From the NCBI GenBank assembly GCA_028023455.1, contig JAQFVV010000004.1, positions 620,001-684,000 on the forward strand: 64,000 nucleotides of DNA. The letters are read 5' to 3'. Positions 24,781 through 38,974 of the stretch are shown one piece after another. Both the position numbers and the translations under genes were made by a program. Source of the stretch: Epiperipatus broadwayi (lineage: Eukaryota > Animalia > Onychophora). A model generated the notes under the pieces. The model saw only the letters and a list, made by a program, of their open reading frames with translations, had not been told where the DNA came from and made no database searches. Each line of letters opens with the position of its first letter. Position 1 is the first letter of the stretch.

Positions 24781-26494
24781 ACATTTTAAAATATATTAAT
24801 ACACTTTATTAAGAGCAATAAGCAAAGGATAAATTGTCTCTGTTAAATATTACGGAATAGGCAATGAGGTGACATTTGCCTCCTGCTCTGATTATTTTAA
24901 TATGATGATAGTTATCAATTTCTGCCGCTAGCAAATTTAAACTTTAAAGAAATAAAAATTAAGAGTGAAGGATGTGTAATTTCAAAGAGAGGTGAAATCA
25001 CACTGTTTTCTATGCCAACATTTATTTTATTTCATTGGTGTTGTAGTTGATTACTTTGCCTCCTTTTATGAATATCTGAATGGAATCATTCTTAATAAAT
25101 GTTAACTAAACATTTTTATCAATAATTTTCCGACTCATTTTAATAAATAAGCTGTGTCAGCAATGAAACTTCTTAATTTGAATTTAAATATTTATTTAAT
25201 TTTATCAGGAATCAGTATATTATTACTATGAAGAAAATTAAATGCATTTAATGTTTTAAAGGAAAATGGCATAATTGGTTTGATGGCTGAATATATGAAT
25301 GAGTGTGCATTTGTTAGTTTTTGTACTAATTATGGTATTTTATGAATTTGTACACTGTATTGGTAACTTAATTATATTGGTGTTATTTTGTAATGTGAAT
25401 TTTATTGTACACGTAGGATTACCATACCCATAATTGGTTTCATAATTTCCTCCACTATGATAATATAAACATGTAAATAAAATAAATACTTTATAGGTAA
25501 TAATGTTTATTAATAAAAAAGTTTTAATATATACCATTTATATCTTTTTTTTAAATAATACATTTTAAGCTTAAAATTAACCTGGAATTAATGAGATCAT
25601 GCAATTAATATGTAATTGTATGGACTTTCAAAATCTATAACACATTACTATATACCTATCATTTTTTAAAAGCATCTTAAACTTTTGGAAACTCAAACAA
25701 ATACATATATATAAATATATTTAATATTAAGAAAAAATAATTATTATTAGTTAGAATATTTATTGAATATACCTAGATAATTATCTGTGAAGAATATAGT
25801 TTTATTTTATACTGTTATTATTTCAACAACTATTCTTTTTAGATAAGATCCGTACAATTCATGAATGAGATCTGAAGATTAGTTAACATTTTTTAATACT
25901 CTCAATTTTGAAAATATACAGTGTTCAACATATTTTTTATTCTTTCATTTTTATGCATTTAAACATAAACTCTATTCCATTATTTTGATATATATTTGGA
26001 AATTGCTTCTTTTAAATGATGATGATTTTTTAAAAATCCAAAGTCTGTTTGTATTCTAAAGACTACAAAAAAATAAATAAATAAGGACCACAATGTACTA
26101 TTCTTTCCAGTTTAAAAATTAATGCAAGCCCAAGAATTGAATGTGAGCATTTTTATTAGAATAATACTATACAATGTCAATTTAGCTCATTGTTGCAGAT
26201 AGAGGGGGTTTTTTTCATGTAAAAAATTATATTTTATATGTGGAATATTTATCAATACATTACTGTGTTAAATGACAAAATGAATGACTACTCAAAAAAT
26301 GAATTTCTTATCAAACACTCTGATTTAATACATTTTAATTCTAATATAGATAATATTGATTTAATTATAGGATTTTCAAATTATAATTTCACCTTAATGT
26401 TTACAAATTTCATTTGCTCTTTTTGATTTAGTATCACTAGCATTTATAGAATTAAAATAATAAATGATATTTCAGTGATAATAATGATAATGTA

Positions 26495-26757
26495 TTTACA
26501 ATTTATCCAAACCACTTCAAAGACTTCTTAGCAAAATTCTTTATTTGTACATATACATACACTTACGGTTTCGACTGACCTGTAGTCTTCAGAGCTATGA
26601 TATAATGGTATTATTATATAGTTATGTTTTTTTATTTTATTTTGTTCATTTTATCATAGCTCTGAAGAAGACTGCAGGTTAGTCGAAACATAGGTGTATG
26701 TATATATACAGATAAAGAGTTCTGCTAAAAAGTGTGATTTGGATAAATTGTATTTAT
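26495..26757. mobile_element. Foldback element (about 110-bp arms, 45-bp AT loop) with a hammerhead in each arm (26561-26597 minus, 26657-26696 plus)
   Basis: Plus arm UAGCU-CUGAAGA-A-GACUG CAGGU UAGUC-GAAAC; minus arm UAGCU-CUGAAGA-CUACAGGUCAGUC-GAAAC-CGUA-AGU (3-nt deletion). Confidence 0.85.
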
Positions 26758-29169
26758 AGGATATTATGGTAAAAATAAAGAAAAGTGTGATTTTGATAAT
26801 GTATTTACTTGTGGCCTGAGAATATTATCTAAGATTGAGTAATTATATGTATTGCAGATATTGAAATATTTAAATATAGACAAGGTGAATGATAATATTA
26901 TCAATCTTTGATTATCCTCTACATTTATTTTGAATATATGTTAAATTCGCTGCCCAAAGTTAAATAGAATAGCTAGCATTAAATCATTATAACCAAAAAA
27001 TAACGATCATCGTTGATATTAGTTTACCATTGCTTGCCACCCTTTTAACATAATTAACCTAAAATATCAATTTTTACATTATATCATAAACTTTATTGAG
27101 ATTTTACAAGAGATAAGACACATTGTTCTTTGTATACTATGATAAGTTTTAGCCTGCCAATTAATTTAAATGGAACTTATTTTAACTTTTTTATTTACAA
27201 AGTTATTTTTAATAAATAATGGCAAAAGTAACTTTTATTAATAAATTTGTCATTTTAAAATACCAATATAATTATTAAAAGTTATTCAATTTTATATAAC
27301 TTGGGAATCATTCCTTTTATATATATTTTTGAATAGCTTTGCACCATTCATGTGTAATTTATTTATGTGGATTTAGTATGCAAATTTTACATAAATCTTA
27401 TAAAGTAGAGAATAAATGTGTAACATGAACTTAAAATCTTTAATAAATTTGTCAAAACTTTGTTATTTATTTCAGTAAACAAATCAATATAAATATTAGG
27501 ATCATATCTTAGTAATTTATATTTTGCTTTGAGACTAAATATTATATAAATAAATCAGCTAAGGCCAGTGCCAATGATAGATATGGGACTAAGCATAAGA
27601 ATACTATTCTCAGTTAAATGTTTAATTTAATGTTATTGTATATTAACTCTTAAATAACTGTAGGCACATAGAGTGCTTTATAATATTTTTTTTCTATGAT
27701 ACTACTAAAGAAGTATCCTGAAATGTATTGTTCTATATCTTTTGATGCATCGTGTAATCTCAAGTTTATTCAATATTCAAACTGAAATCATTTCCGTACT
27801 AAGATGACTTTTTCAACACAATGCCATTTAAATTTAAAATAATAGGATTTTTTACTGCATGTCATAATGCAAATATACTATCATATTTAAGGCACAAAAA
27901 CTCTGCATCATAATTCACTGATGTATATCTCAAACTACTTTAAACTTGACAATCTTTGTAATTTCAAATCTTGAGTACACAATTTTTATGATCATAACAG
28001 AAAGAAATTTAAAATAAGTTGATTGCACATTATTCAAGCTTATATTTAGAATTCCTTTAACAATTTAATTTTGGCATATTAGATTTAATACAGACATAAA
28101 CTTAATAATGCAAATGCAGATGCTATAGTTAAAACATTTACTTAGCTCAAAATATTGCATTTAAAATGAGAAATAATTTCCCTATCCTCCTATGTAATTA
28201 TGTTAAATTAATGAACAACTTTAGTTTTAATTTTACTGCATCACTACACAACTCTTTTTGTAACAACAAATTTTTTTCTGCAATAAAATCATTTACTATT
28301 AGATGTGTTCTGTAATTTATTTAAATTTGCATACATAAATTACCTATATTTAATAAACATTAAATGTATTGGATAATTTATTACATAGGAGTGCAAATAT
28401 ACTTCCAAGGACTTAATAATCTTTGGTAAATATAAATAATCATTTACGTAAAAGAAATTTTAGATTAAAAAACACCTAGCAAAACTGTGATTCAACTACA
28501 AATAGGTCCTATATCAATAGACAAATAAACTCAAGATTAAATGTAGATTCAGCATATAATGAGACAGTAGAAAATTAGGCAACTATATATGAATTAAGAC
28601 AAAAAATTTACAATAAATACACAAATATAGTATATAATACAAATAACTGTGAATCTGTATTTTAGCAAAAAGTGATTTACAGTAATCACTTTAAAGTAAT
28701 TACTTAATTAGTTATTCATTTTGATTAGATTATAAATTATATTGCATTTAAATTTAAATATAGATTTTGATTTACTTAGGTACATGGTAATCTGTACCCT
28801 TCTCTGATTTTTTTTTTTAGAATTTATGTTCATTTTCACCTTTGCATTTTAAATCTGTAGTTGTAGATGTTATAAAAAACTAAAATGCATTTCAACTTCA
28901 TATGGTTAGCCAAATGCTACAATTCATTACTTTATGTTTATTGGTGTACATTATTCAAATTTATTCTAATACTATTTTTTTTTAATAAGCACATTCATAC
29001 CAATCACTTTTCAATCAATAATTAAATATTTGATTATTAATTATTGTCACAGATCAGAAATTATTTTGCATTTAATCTTAGATATAGAATTTAAATTTAA
29101 TAAAGTTCTAATATACAATATTTGGAATAATGATTTAATTGTACAATAATCTCTTCTAATGTTGTATAG

Positions 29170-29254
29170 CATTTAGGGAGCTATATGGGACTTGGGCTTT
29201 TTAGAAGACCTGATTGTTGGAACTATGTAGCATGTTTTCCCCATGTCTACAATT
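29170..29254 (+). CDS. Candidate exon (HLGSYMGLGLFRRPDCWNYVACFPHVYN)
   Basis: gttgtatag| acceptor and |gtaagt donor; 85 nt; only one open frame; phase-compatible with the next exon. Confidence 0.65.
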
Positions 29255-29470
29255 GTAAGTTCTAAATGTCAGGGTGAAGTTAAATAATAATTTATAGAAT
29301 ATATATATATATATGATAGTTTTTTTTTTGCAATAATTATTTAATTTTATAGTTAAAGAATATTGTTCTAGACATCAGTTTTTACAAAATTTCTATTTTA
29401 ACTGTCTATCTTATATTCTCCTCCCTCAGATATAAATATATTATTGACAAGTATTGATTAATGTTTACAG

Positions 29471-29504
29471 CTAACAACTCGTGGAATTACCATTTAAATA
29501 AGAT
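29471..29504 (+). CDS. Candidate micro-exon (SNNSWNYHLNK)
   Basis: tgtttacag| and |gtatat; joins the previous exon in phase 1. Confidence 0.5.
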
Positions 29505-29703
29505 GTATATATTTTAAATCATTTTTGATTATATCTATTTACTTTTTTAAAAATAAAAAAAAAAAGAGTAAAAGAAAATATTATTGAACTAGTTTTATCT
29601 AGATAGATCTCTCATATGCTATATTTATTTTCAAATGATTCTAACTGATGATAATCTAATATATATGATAGCTAATATTTTATTTGAAAAATTGAATTTT
29701 CAG

Positions 29704-29781
29704 ATATAGAATATGCGTGTGTGTGTATATATATATATCAGGATACCTAGCATTTAAATTTCCAGAAATGCTATCTGGATG
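29704..29781 (+). CDS. Candidate exon (YRICVCVYIYISGYLAFKFPEMLSG); alternative acceptor at 29742
   Basis: aattttcag| and |gtaaag; the frame is open through the (GT)n(AT)n run and in phase with the previous exon. Confidence 0.4.
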
Positions 29782-30419
29782 GTAAAGTTTTTCTTTTACT
29801 TGATTTGGAAATTTGTAATTCTGATAGTACTGATAGAAATTTATATATTAGTTGTCATGATATTATTTATATTTAATTCTCCCACATCATTATGTATATG
29901 CTTATATAAACATTGATATATATATATATATTGGTGTAAAAGTTGGCTGGATTTTTAAAATATAATTTGTTTGTTATTAAATGTATATAGAAAACGGAGA
30001 ATATAATTAATTATTTATAAAATGATGACCATAAGCTGTGAAAAACTATGAACAAAAATAAATAATAAATTTTATTGGGAAGGGTTTTATTAATTTATTA
30101 AATTTTTTTTTACCAATTATAATAATTTTTAGTTTACTTATGCTTTTAAGAAAAAAATAAAATAAAATTCCCCAGCAAGATTAATTGTGATATCATTTTA
30201 AAACATATTAAATAAACATTTCCAAAACTACAGAAAAAATAATTGAATTCAGTTAAATTTTAACAAAACCTTATTGTTAAATGAGATGTTAATAAATCAA
30301 GAAAACAAAGTCTCTGACACACATTTAATAACAATAAATAAATAAACATTTTCACGAAACAGAATAAAAAAAATTTAATTATTAAAAGCAATGCTGTGAA
30401 TACTCTAAGCATTTCAAGT

Positions 30420-30702
30420 TTTTAAAACAGGCAAAACTTTCTATACATATTGCCAGTCAGTGTAAGTCAGAATAATCAATAGATGCCTGAAGGCTTGTGC
30501 ATAAAATTCCCATCTAGTGCCTACTCATCCTATATTCCCAGACTAATTTCTGGTTTGTGGCCTTTGTAAGGAGCCTTGGATCTGAGAGCACTGCACCTAG
30601 ATCTTAGTATCTCATGCAATCCTGCCATAGCCACCTTTTATCTCTGCTTAACTACAAAACTTGAGTGGCAATACATATAGAGAGTTTTGCCTGTTTTAAT
30701 AA
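30420..30702. mobile_element. Family A hairpin element, second copy (short right arm, collapsed HHR at about 30537-30572)
   Basis: aaaacaggcaaaactttctatac...aggcttgtgcataaaa...cccagactaatttctggtttgtggcc...gagccttggatctgagagcactgcacc; ends gagagttttgcctgttttaata. Confidence 0.8.
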
Positions 30703-31399
30703 CAGTTATAAGCAAGCATAGGAAATGGTGATCATGTGACATTTTAAGTTTTCTTCCTTTTTTTTTTATTTTTATAAAGTTCTTTCATTTTATTATTTAA
30801 CTAGGCAGTGGTTCCTTTTCAGTAAATCATTAATAATACAATATTGTAAAAAAAAGACTTCTTTTTTTCAGTGGAACCAAAAATTCTTAACCTCATTTCT
30901 TAAGAAAATTTTATCCCTGGATAATATATTAAGCTTAAAAATACAAATTGACAATTTAGTGTTTAATAGTTACCAAAATTTAGCATGAGTAGCATTTCTA
31001 AAAAACGAGCATCAAAATTTGTAACGTTATATTTGGAATAGATATTGTTATTTAATTAAAGCTCATTTTAACATTGGACTGAAGTGCTCATAAAGTTTTT
31101 TATTTTTTTACTTTGATTTATAACTAATCATAGATACCATTGTTTTAAATATAGATGGATCTATATGCCTTTATAGTGATTTTTCTGTTTAACAAAGTGT
31201 TTATGATAGCTAATCTATGTATCATGTCAAAATTCATTAACAACAGACAATACTATTATTTCCTATAATTTGGAGTTGTAATTTACTATTCCTACTAACA
31301 TAGACTTTAATTTCTCAAAGAAGAAACATTTGACATTTTATTGAAATTCATTTAAAACACTTTTCAATAATAATTGAAACCTTTTTTATTCCTGAATTT

Positions 31400-31640
31400 T
31401 CTGAATCTAACAGGGCATAACACTTAAGTTGGGGGCAGATACTGGTGTGCAAAGAAATTTTTATTATCATTAGACTCATCGATACCTCTCCAAATTCCAA
31501 AAAAATTCAAGTTACCAAGTTATACTTAGCAGTGAATCCACTACCATATAGTCTTACTTTGAACTATCCTTCTAAACAAAGATTCTTTTCTCTGGAATAT
31601 GAATATTTCTTATTGCAAACTTATATTACTTATTAATTTT
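31400..31640 (-). mobile_element. RTE endonuclease fragment
   Basis: Minus strand GSGFTAK...GIDE...PPT resembles the RTE APE segment GVGF...SERLM...YAPT. Confidence 0.4.
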
Positions 31641-32166
31641 ACTATTCTATTTTCAGATTTTGAAGACTCCACATACCATATATAATATTTCCTCTCTCTT
31701 ACATGGTTTTCATAAGTGCAATTTCAGTTATTCTATCTGCAAGTCAAAAATAATAATAAGTAAATTATTTAAAAAAATTACACATTAATAAAAAATGAAT
31801 TTTTAATTTGCTTCATTTTAATCTGTAGGTGTTAAAAGCACATAATATGGTTCAATATTATTTGTGAATTTTAATATCTGCAATATTTGTCTGAAACCAA
31901 GTGTCATGGATATAGGAAGATTGACTGCACCTATATTTTTTATAAAATTGAATTACTTTTTTTTTTGTTATCATCACTATTTCTTCTATTGTCCTTATTA
32001 TTAGTAGTAATATTATAATTGTTTCTATTGTTCAATGAACAGTATGCTGGATATTGTGACCAATCCATATTTTCTAACAAAACATTTTTAGATCACTTTT
32101 CTAACTTCCTATATATTTGTTAGCAGAAAGAAATCTCAAAATAGAGCTGCCAAATATACAATGGTT

Positions 32167-32272
32167 GTCAAGCATTATAAGCCGAGAGGTCAGCGCGGCC
32201 GCCTTGAAGCAAGTAGTTGGTTACCGATGGTTGTTGCGGGTTTGCCTCCTGGACGATGCTATGACATATGAA
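32167..32272 (+). mobile_element. tRNA-Gly-derived SINE with internal expansion; TSD atatacaatggtt
   Basis: gtcaagcattataagccgagaggtcagc...gggtttgcctcctggacgatgctatgacatatg; 13-bp flanking duplication. Confidence 0.8.
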
Positions 32273-32824
32273 TATATATATACAATGGTTTACTATCTGA
32301 AACTCCTGATCCAGATTGAGTTCCAAAAGAACTCATTATTGATGGTCTTGTCTCATTCAAATTTACAATTGAGGACTACCTGTCTGCTAAGTCATCACTA
32401 TCATCTCAGTACTGAAGGCTTTTTTTATTTGCATATTCATTCATACTTGCCTACTCTGAAAAACAAAATGGGTTAAAATGGCCATGTTTTTAATTAAAAG
32501 TATGGAAATATAATTGCATGAACACACTTTCTTTCTTATAGTTTATGCAAAAAGATGACAGATGGTGTAGCACGACAATCTCTCAGAAATGAACTTTATA
32601 TGCCAACTTAACTGTGAAAATATAAAAAAAATGACAAATTAATGAAACAAATGGAATACAGAAAATATTTCCTAAGCAACATTATATCCTATAAGATAAG
32701 CAAAAAATATTTTTATTGGGCAATGTATAGATTATTTACAGATAATTTCCATATCTGAAAATTATCTCATTGTCTGAAAAATATGACTATCTTTGGTAAT
32801 CTGAGTTCACTATATATTACCCAC

Positions 32825-33400
32825 ATCATCATTTTCAATCATTACCAATCCACTGCAGGATGAATTCTCTCCAAATTTAAACCAGTTTCTCATATCCACA
32901 GCCTCTCCATATCATAGCAACAAACTCCTTATTTCATTCATCCAGCTCATGTGTGGTTTCTTTCTAAATCTTTTACAATATCTTGGGATCTAATTTAAAA
33001 CATTAACTATTTATTTACTATCCTTTCCAATATATCCAGCACAGTTCTGTTTCAGTCTCTTAATTTTTTCAATGCTGTCAGTGATAACTGTTTGTTCTCT
33101 TGCCCACATATTTTGTTTCTGATCTCTTGTTGTTGTTCCTGATATACATTTCTTCATGTTTCATTGAATGGTCTGAATTTGATATTGCTCTTCTGTTAAG
33201 TATTCAAGTCTCCGAACCATAAGCAATAACTGATGAAACATATATATTAAAAATCTTCCTTTTCAAACACTGATACAAATAGTTTGAATAATCAGTGCAA
33301 CGTCCTAATTTAAAAAATCAATAATTGATATCAAGATTTACTTTTCTTGGTCTATTACTTTCTCTTCAATTTTAGGAATGTTCAAACTATTACTTTTATT
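32825..33400 (-). mobile_element. 3' fragment of an RTE LINE
   Basis: AYGSET* motif (reverse complement of caagtctccgaaccataagc); RTE-like 3' end tcctgcagtggattggtaatga. Confidence 0.65.
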
Positions 33401-33779
33401 AATCTATGAAGAGTATTTTATTTCTCATACATAAAAATGGAAAAGTCTTTATATTTTAAAATATACTGTATGTATGGTAATCTATAAAATATGTAATCAG
33501 TTTTATTGTCTTGCAAAGGAATTTAGTTTCTGTTATTTATAAATTCAGTATATTCACACTTTTTATGAACCATTTAATCATGATTAACAATGTTCTTATT
33601 AAACACCTTTATATCCTGATTAAACAAATGAATATTTATTGCAAAATGTCTAGAAAGAAAAATCTACAGTCAATTTAGTTTACTTGAAAACTGTAAAGAT
33701 TTGACTTGTCAATCTAGTCGTATTTATTAAAAGAAAATTATGTAGAGATTGGACAAATAATGGAAATACATTTAATAAC

Positions 33780-34700
33780 ATTCATATGTTAAAGAGTCAT
33801 CATTTACATATTTTATTGTTTGTATTGTATGCTGGAATTATGCAATGTGCAAACAGTATCCAAAAATATATTAATATACTCCTCATAGTGAATACTCTGG
33901 TTTTTCAATAGATGATGATAAATGATATTATTGTGTAGAGGATATTTTTTCATTCCTTATTCAAAAATGGAACACAGAGGCTCAATAATGGTTTTAATCA
34001 ACTAATTATAAAGGCTTTGCGAAATATAAGACATTAACCTCATTTTCTTTGAAATTGATGTTGCTGTTTAGTGACCATGTACTGTTCCTGATTTCTTAAA
34101 GTATTTGACTAATTTGCGGCAGCGATATATCAATCTAAAGTAAGATTGGATTAAAATAATACAATGACATAGCTGTCCAAATCATGAAGTTCTATCAACA
34201 GGTTTTATAACTGAGATAAAGTAATCTGGAGTTGTTGTTTCTTTGGTAACTGCCAGATAGGAATCTTTGCAATAATTGGAAAAAGTATATGGTTAATTTG
34301 TCTGATAACATAAATGTGCTTTTTGTCTCCCATTTTCTTGGTTTTATTATATTATTATGATACTCTTTTTACATCATACGAGTCTTATCAGAAACTCTCT
34401 ATAAATGCTGTATTTGTAAAACTTATAATGGCTTGAATATTAAACAATGAAGTGTTCTAATATATGGTAACTTGTTCAATTCATAATGTTCATCAGTTTC
34501 TCACAGTAAGCCTAAATTATTGTTTAGTTTTCATTTTTTCATCTTTAGTTTTTACTGTTGATATTGAAATATTTATTGCTTTTGGGTTTCAACTAATCAG
34601 ACATTAACAATTTAACTTTTTTTGAACTCGGGCGAGTCTGATTTTTCTTTTTAAATGATTATGAAACTGATATTATTTACCTATCAAATATTCCTTAGTA
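33780..34700 (-). pseudogene. Decayed hAT (Ac/hobo-like) transposase fragment
   Basis: Minus strand IYRCRKLVKYFKKSG (about 34085-34130) and a frameshifted SS..E.RVFT (about 33880-33925). Confidence 0.5.
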
Positions 34701-35153
34701 TGACTTTAAGATTCCTTCAGTTAAAGAAAAAAAAAAGTTAATTGTTAGATGTTTTCATCTTTTTACTGCACAATCTCGAAAATATAGTGCTAATAACATT
34801 TGATATCATTATTTGTTCACTTAGTATATCTCTAATTACATTTTTTTGGATGAAAACTGTTATTCATCTAATCAGACAAATAATACAGCAACAGCTATAA
34901 TTGAAAAAAATAAAATAACCTCCAGTCAAACAAACAGCAATTTCTTAAATCAGACAAACACTAGAACTTCTTTTATAATACTTTGAGGTATATTATATTA
35001 GAGATAATTTTAAACCAGATTATCATAGATATATTTTATTCAGACCTTACGGACCATTTGGGATGCAGGAACTTTACTTTCAATCTATATATAAATCTCA
35101 TTTTAGATTATAAATGAAGCATATGTAATATTTAAATACAAATATAATATATA

Positions 35154-35254
35154 GTCAAGCATTGATGGTCGAGTAGTCAGCACAGCTGCCTTACAAGCAG
35201 TTGTCCCGGGTTAGCGGGTTCACTTCCCGGCTGATGCTATGACACATGAAAAAA
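35154..35254 (+). mobile_element. tRNA-Gly-derived SINE (anticodon TAC)
   Basis: gtcaagcattgatggtcgagtagtcagcacagctgccttacaagcagttgtcccgggttagcgggttcacttcccggctgatgctatgacacatg(A)n; flanked by aatatata. Confidence 0.85.
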
Positions 35255-35271
35255 TATATATACATTAAGCT

Positions 35272-35330
35272 AGACGTTATTTGAACCCAGACTTTCAAGC
35301 TCCCTTAAGTCATCCACTCCATCTTATGGT
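35272..35330 (-). repeat. Solo tail of family B
   Basis: atttgaacccagactttcaagctccctt..catccactccatctta matches 24361-24420; another solo tail lies at about 43205-43275 (+). Confidence 0.6.
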
Positions 35331-37859
35331 TTTGAATTTTACATTAAAATAAATATAGTATTTTTCAAAATTAAAAATTACGAGTTGTTTTGCTTTACTA
35401 ATATCTAAATTATTGATATAATATCAAAAGATCTTACCTTGAAAAATATAATGCTAACATAAAAATATGTAGTTGATAACTTTATTTAAGAATAAATTTA
35501 TAAGTATAGAAGCCTATTGTTTCATTATACATATGGTCAAAAAATAATGTATGGTGTCTCTCTTGATTTATAGACATGACTCATGGCTTATGACATGTAC
35601 AAAGATTAAGTATCCAACTAGAGAAATATTTGAGAAAAATATTACAGCTTTGATAAATTGGGGGGGGGGGGGGATTCTTTACCCAGCTAGAAAAAAAAAA
35701 ATTAATGTATAAGAATAGATCTTGATTAAAATACAAATGGATGTGAATATCAAGTGAAAAGGAAAATAGAAATTTAGATGAAATAATTTAATAGACAAAA
35801 AAAAAGGAAACAGGAAAAATTAGATTATTGCATAATACACACACACTTGACAGTACAGAATATAGTTCCTAAAATATTTATTTGCTGACAATAAAAATTT
35901 AATAAATAATTTTCAACTTGTTCATATTGTATGTTATTAAACATTAATTTCAAATACATTAACTTTTAATAAAAATTTGGCATATAAAATTTTATTACAT
36001 ACTGTATAGGTAATACAAGTATATACTATATTCTTTCATTTGTACATTGAAATTACAATAATTCTTACTTTGTTTTAATATTTGTATAGTTGCTTATTAT
36101 AATCTGATTACATGATTTTGCACATTATCTTTTAAAAGTGTAGTATCTAGACATTTGTTGAGAACAGTAAGAGTTTAATTAAACTTTTGTTATGTAAATC
36201 ACAAATGTATTATTTTAATCAACAGTTTATTTATTAGCTGAAAATTTATTTTGATATATTAATCTTTATAATAAGGTAAAGTATTACATGGTGCATTGAT
36301 TAATTTATGAGTCTGCTACCCCCATAATAAAGGATTGAAATCCAGGGTGAATCTAAGGGATCCCCACCCCCATTCCCCTTGAATTGATACATAGCTAATA
36401 TAGATAACCAGCTAATATTGTTTGGCCTTGATTATCTAGTTATTTTGGAGGGTTAAATAAAAAAAAAACATGAGTAAAATTTGTTCCTCTAGTATTGTTC
36501 AAAACTTTTGGAGAATATTTGTCCCACCATAGGCTTTTAAATATGATTATTTAATATCTACACATAGTAATATTTGACATATACGATTTTACAAAATAGT
36601 CAATATATTTCAAGGAATGGATTCTCTTGCAGCTTAACTTCTTAATTCTGTCATTTAGTCGTTAGCATTTTGGTAATTAGTTGTGGTTTATGTTTGACTA
36701 CACCTACATAAATACTACATAATTTTCTGATGCAAACAGTAAAATGATTGTGATATATTTGAGTATATTGTCAAAACGTCAGTATCTTCTAGGAAGATTA
36801 ATGCTTTTATATTTTTATTAAATAAGAAAAAAAATTAAAATTAACAATATAATAATTGTTTATTGTCCTATTATAACATTGTTTTTTGAATCATTGTTAT
36901 TAGTTGTAGTAATACAGTAATGGATGTGCATAAATTAAAGGAGGTTTTTTTTTTTCAAAGGGAGTGGGGAGAGGTTTCAGGATTGAATGTTATTTTAATT
37001 TAATAATTTATTTTGTATTAAATGTAAGGAACACCAAAGCACTTATTTTAATAAATAAGTGACAAATATAAAAAATATTTAGGGTGAATAAAATCAATTA
37101 TAGTAAACAAAGAAAGAAATGACCAATTGTGCATAATCATATATCATAAGAATATATATTTGACCATTCTATTTTGGATTGACAAAATGTTAGAAATATT
37201 TCTTTACAATTGCTGCTTTTTTTCAGTTCTTTTCATAGTTGCAAATTTTTGCATTGAGATATTTATGTTTTATTATTATTTTCTCTTCAGGCCTTTTTAA
37301 AAATTGTTTATGCTATTTATTTTCTTATTCAATATTATTGATTGATCCCCCCCCCACTCTTCTCTTTCTTGTTATCTTCCCACCTTTCCTTCCAATCATC
37401 TAGTTATTTAAATCATAAGTAGTTTTTTTCTATTTCTTTCATTATAATAACAAATTTTAAACTTACATTCTCTGTCTTTTTATATTGTTGTCAAAGTTTC
37501 TGCTAAATAAATTTCAGTAGATTTAAATTTAAGCTTTCATAATAAATAAGTTTATGAAATTGTATATAAAATAGTAATTTTTTATAAATTTTGCATAGTT
37601 AATAATTTTTATGTTTAATATATTTTTTTTTTCAATTTCTTATAAAATATTTGAATTTTTATGACATAGAATCTTAAAATATGTGCATACATTTACAAAT
37701 ATAGAATTAGTATATGTGGGCACTAAATTTCATATAATAAGACAAATAAAAAGTAACAACTGTCTTCTATTTTAAAAATAGATCATTAATTTTAAAATAT
37801 ATATAATCCATGCACAAATTTCTTTATAAATCTTGATTTATTATAATATGAACTATATA

Positions 37860-38900
37860 CTCCAATGTTTCTACTATATTATTTTATAGTCTTTATCAAG
37901 GAACAATTAAAAAATACATAAAAACCAGTAAATACAAATATTCCATAATACATATAACAAATACTTCTTACCTTAAACCTCTTTTAATAAACAATCTTAA
38001 TGTTTCATTACAGTCGTTTCTTAAATATCTTTCTTATTAATTAACCTATTATACTCTTTTTTTTTTTCAAGTAACCCATTCATTACGAGTCTCATTTTAT
38101 TAATGTAAATTCCTTTTATAATTCTTTTATGATATGATCTAATACATTCCAAGGTTCTATTTTAAAATTGGTATGTTCAAATTTATTCATATGACCAAAA
38201 CTGCAGAATTTTTATCATTTAAATGCTGTTTTAATCTTGTTATTAATTTATTCTTAGTAGTTCCAACATATGACATTTCTTTATTATCTTTAAAACTATC
38301 TAAACTTGTGGTTAATACCTGTAGAGGTCCCTACCTTCACATTTTCAACCGCACATGCTTTAGGTTTATTGCCTTAGTAAATATTACTTCTAAATTATTA
38401 CAGTCATTATCATTATTAATTAATAAATTTAAACATTTTTTTTAATAAACAGGACAAATAATAATATATTTTTTATTAATCATTTTAAATAATTTCCTTT
38501 TGAAACATTGAAACCAACATAAATTATCTTACTATTATTATTATTATTTAATTTTATCCTATTATTCATTTTTTCAATATTTTTATTACAAAACAAATCA
38601 TTAATAACTTCTCTAGGATAATCATTTATAATAGGACACATGAAATCAAAACCTTATAATTTTTTTTTATCTAATTTTTTAAACGTTAATTTTAAAAAGT
38701 ATTAGTTTTTTTTTTTTCTTGAATATAAAAATTGTTATATTTAAAGACATTTTCTCACAACTTAAATTATTTTAAAAAATTAAGATAAGGAGTAGTTTAC
38801 AAATTTTTTTTTTTTTTAATTAATCTAAAAATTGTGTTTATGTTTATAACAAACAGGTCAGATGAAATTCTAATAATTTCAACATATCTGTAAATAAAAT
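37860..38900 (-). mobile_element. Degenerate Penelope-like element 3' half (GIY-YIG) with a U3-A8 hammerhead remnant at 37860-37903
   Basis: SYVGTTKNKLITRLKQHLNDKNSAV at about 38200-38275; NDYPREVI at about 38605-38630; UUCC-UUGAUAA-A-GACUAUA...UAUAGU-A-GAAAC-AUU-GGAG. Confidence 0.75.
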
Positions 38901-38974
38901 ACAGCTATCAAATATGCAGCTGCTAATATAAACATTTAAGCTTGAATATATTAGCATGATAATTCATCAGATTT

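Noticed and set aside
25209-25334. Exon ENGIIGLMAEYMNECAFVSFCTNY (faint VPS15-like WD resemblance)
   Set aside because: The good acceptor at 25208 gives stops in all frames, and the alternative acceptor is weak; left unannotated
32117-32476. 119-aa ORF as a gene
   Set aside because: It reads through a SINE insertion and flanking DNA; no splice or homology support
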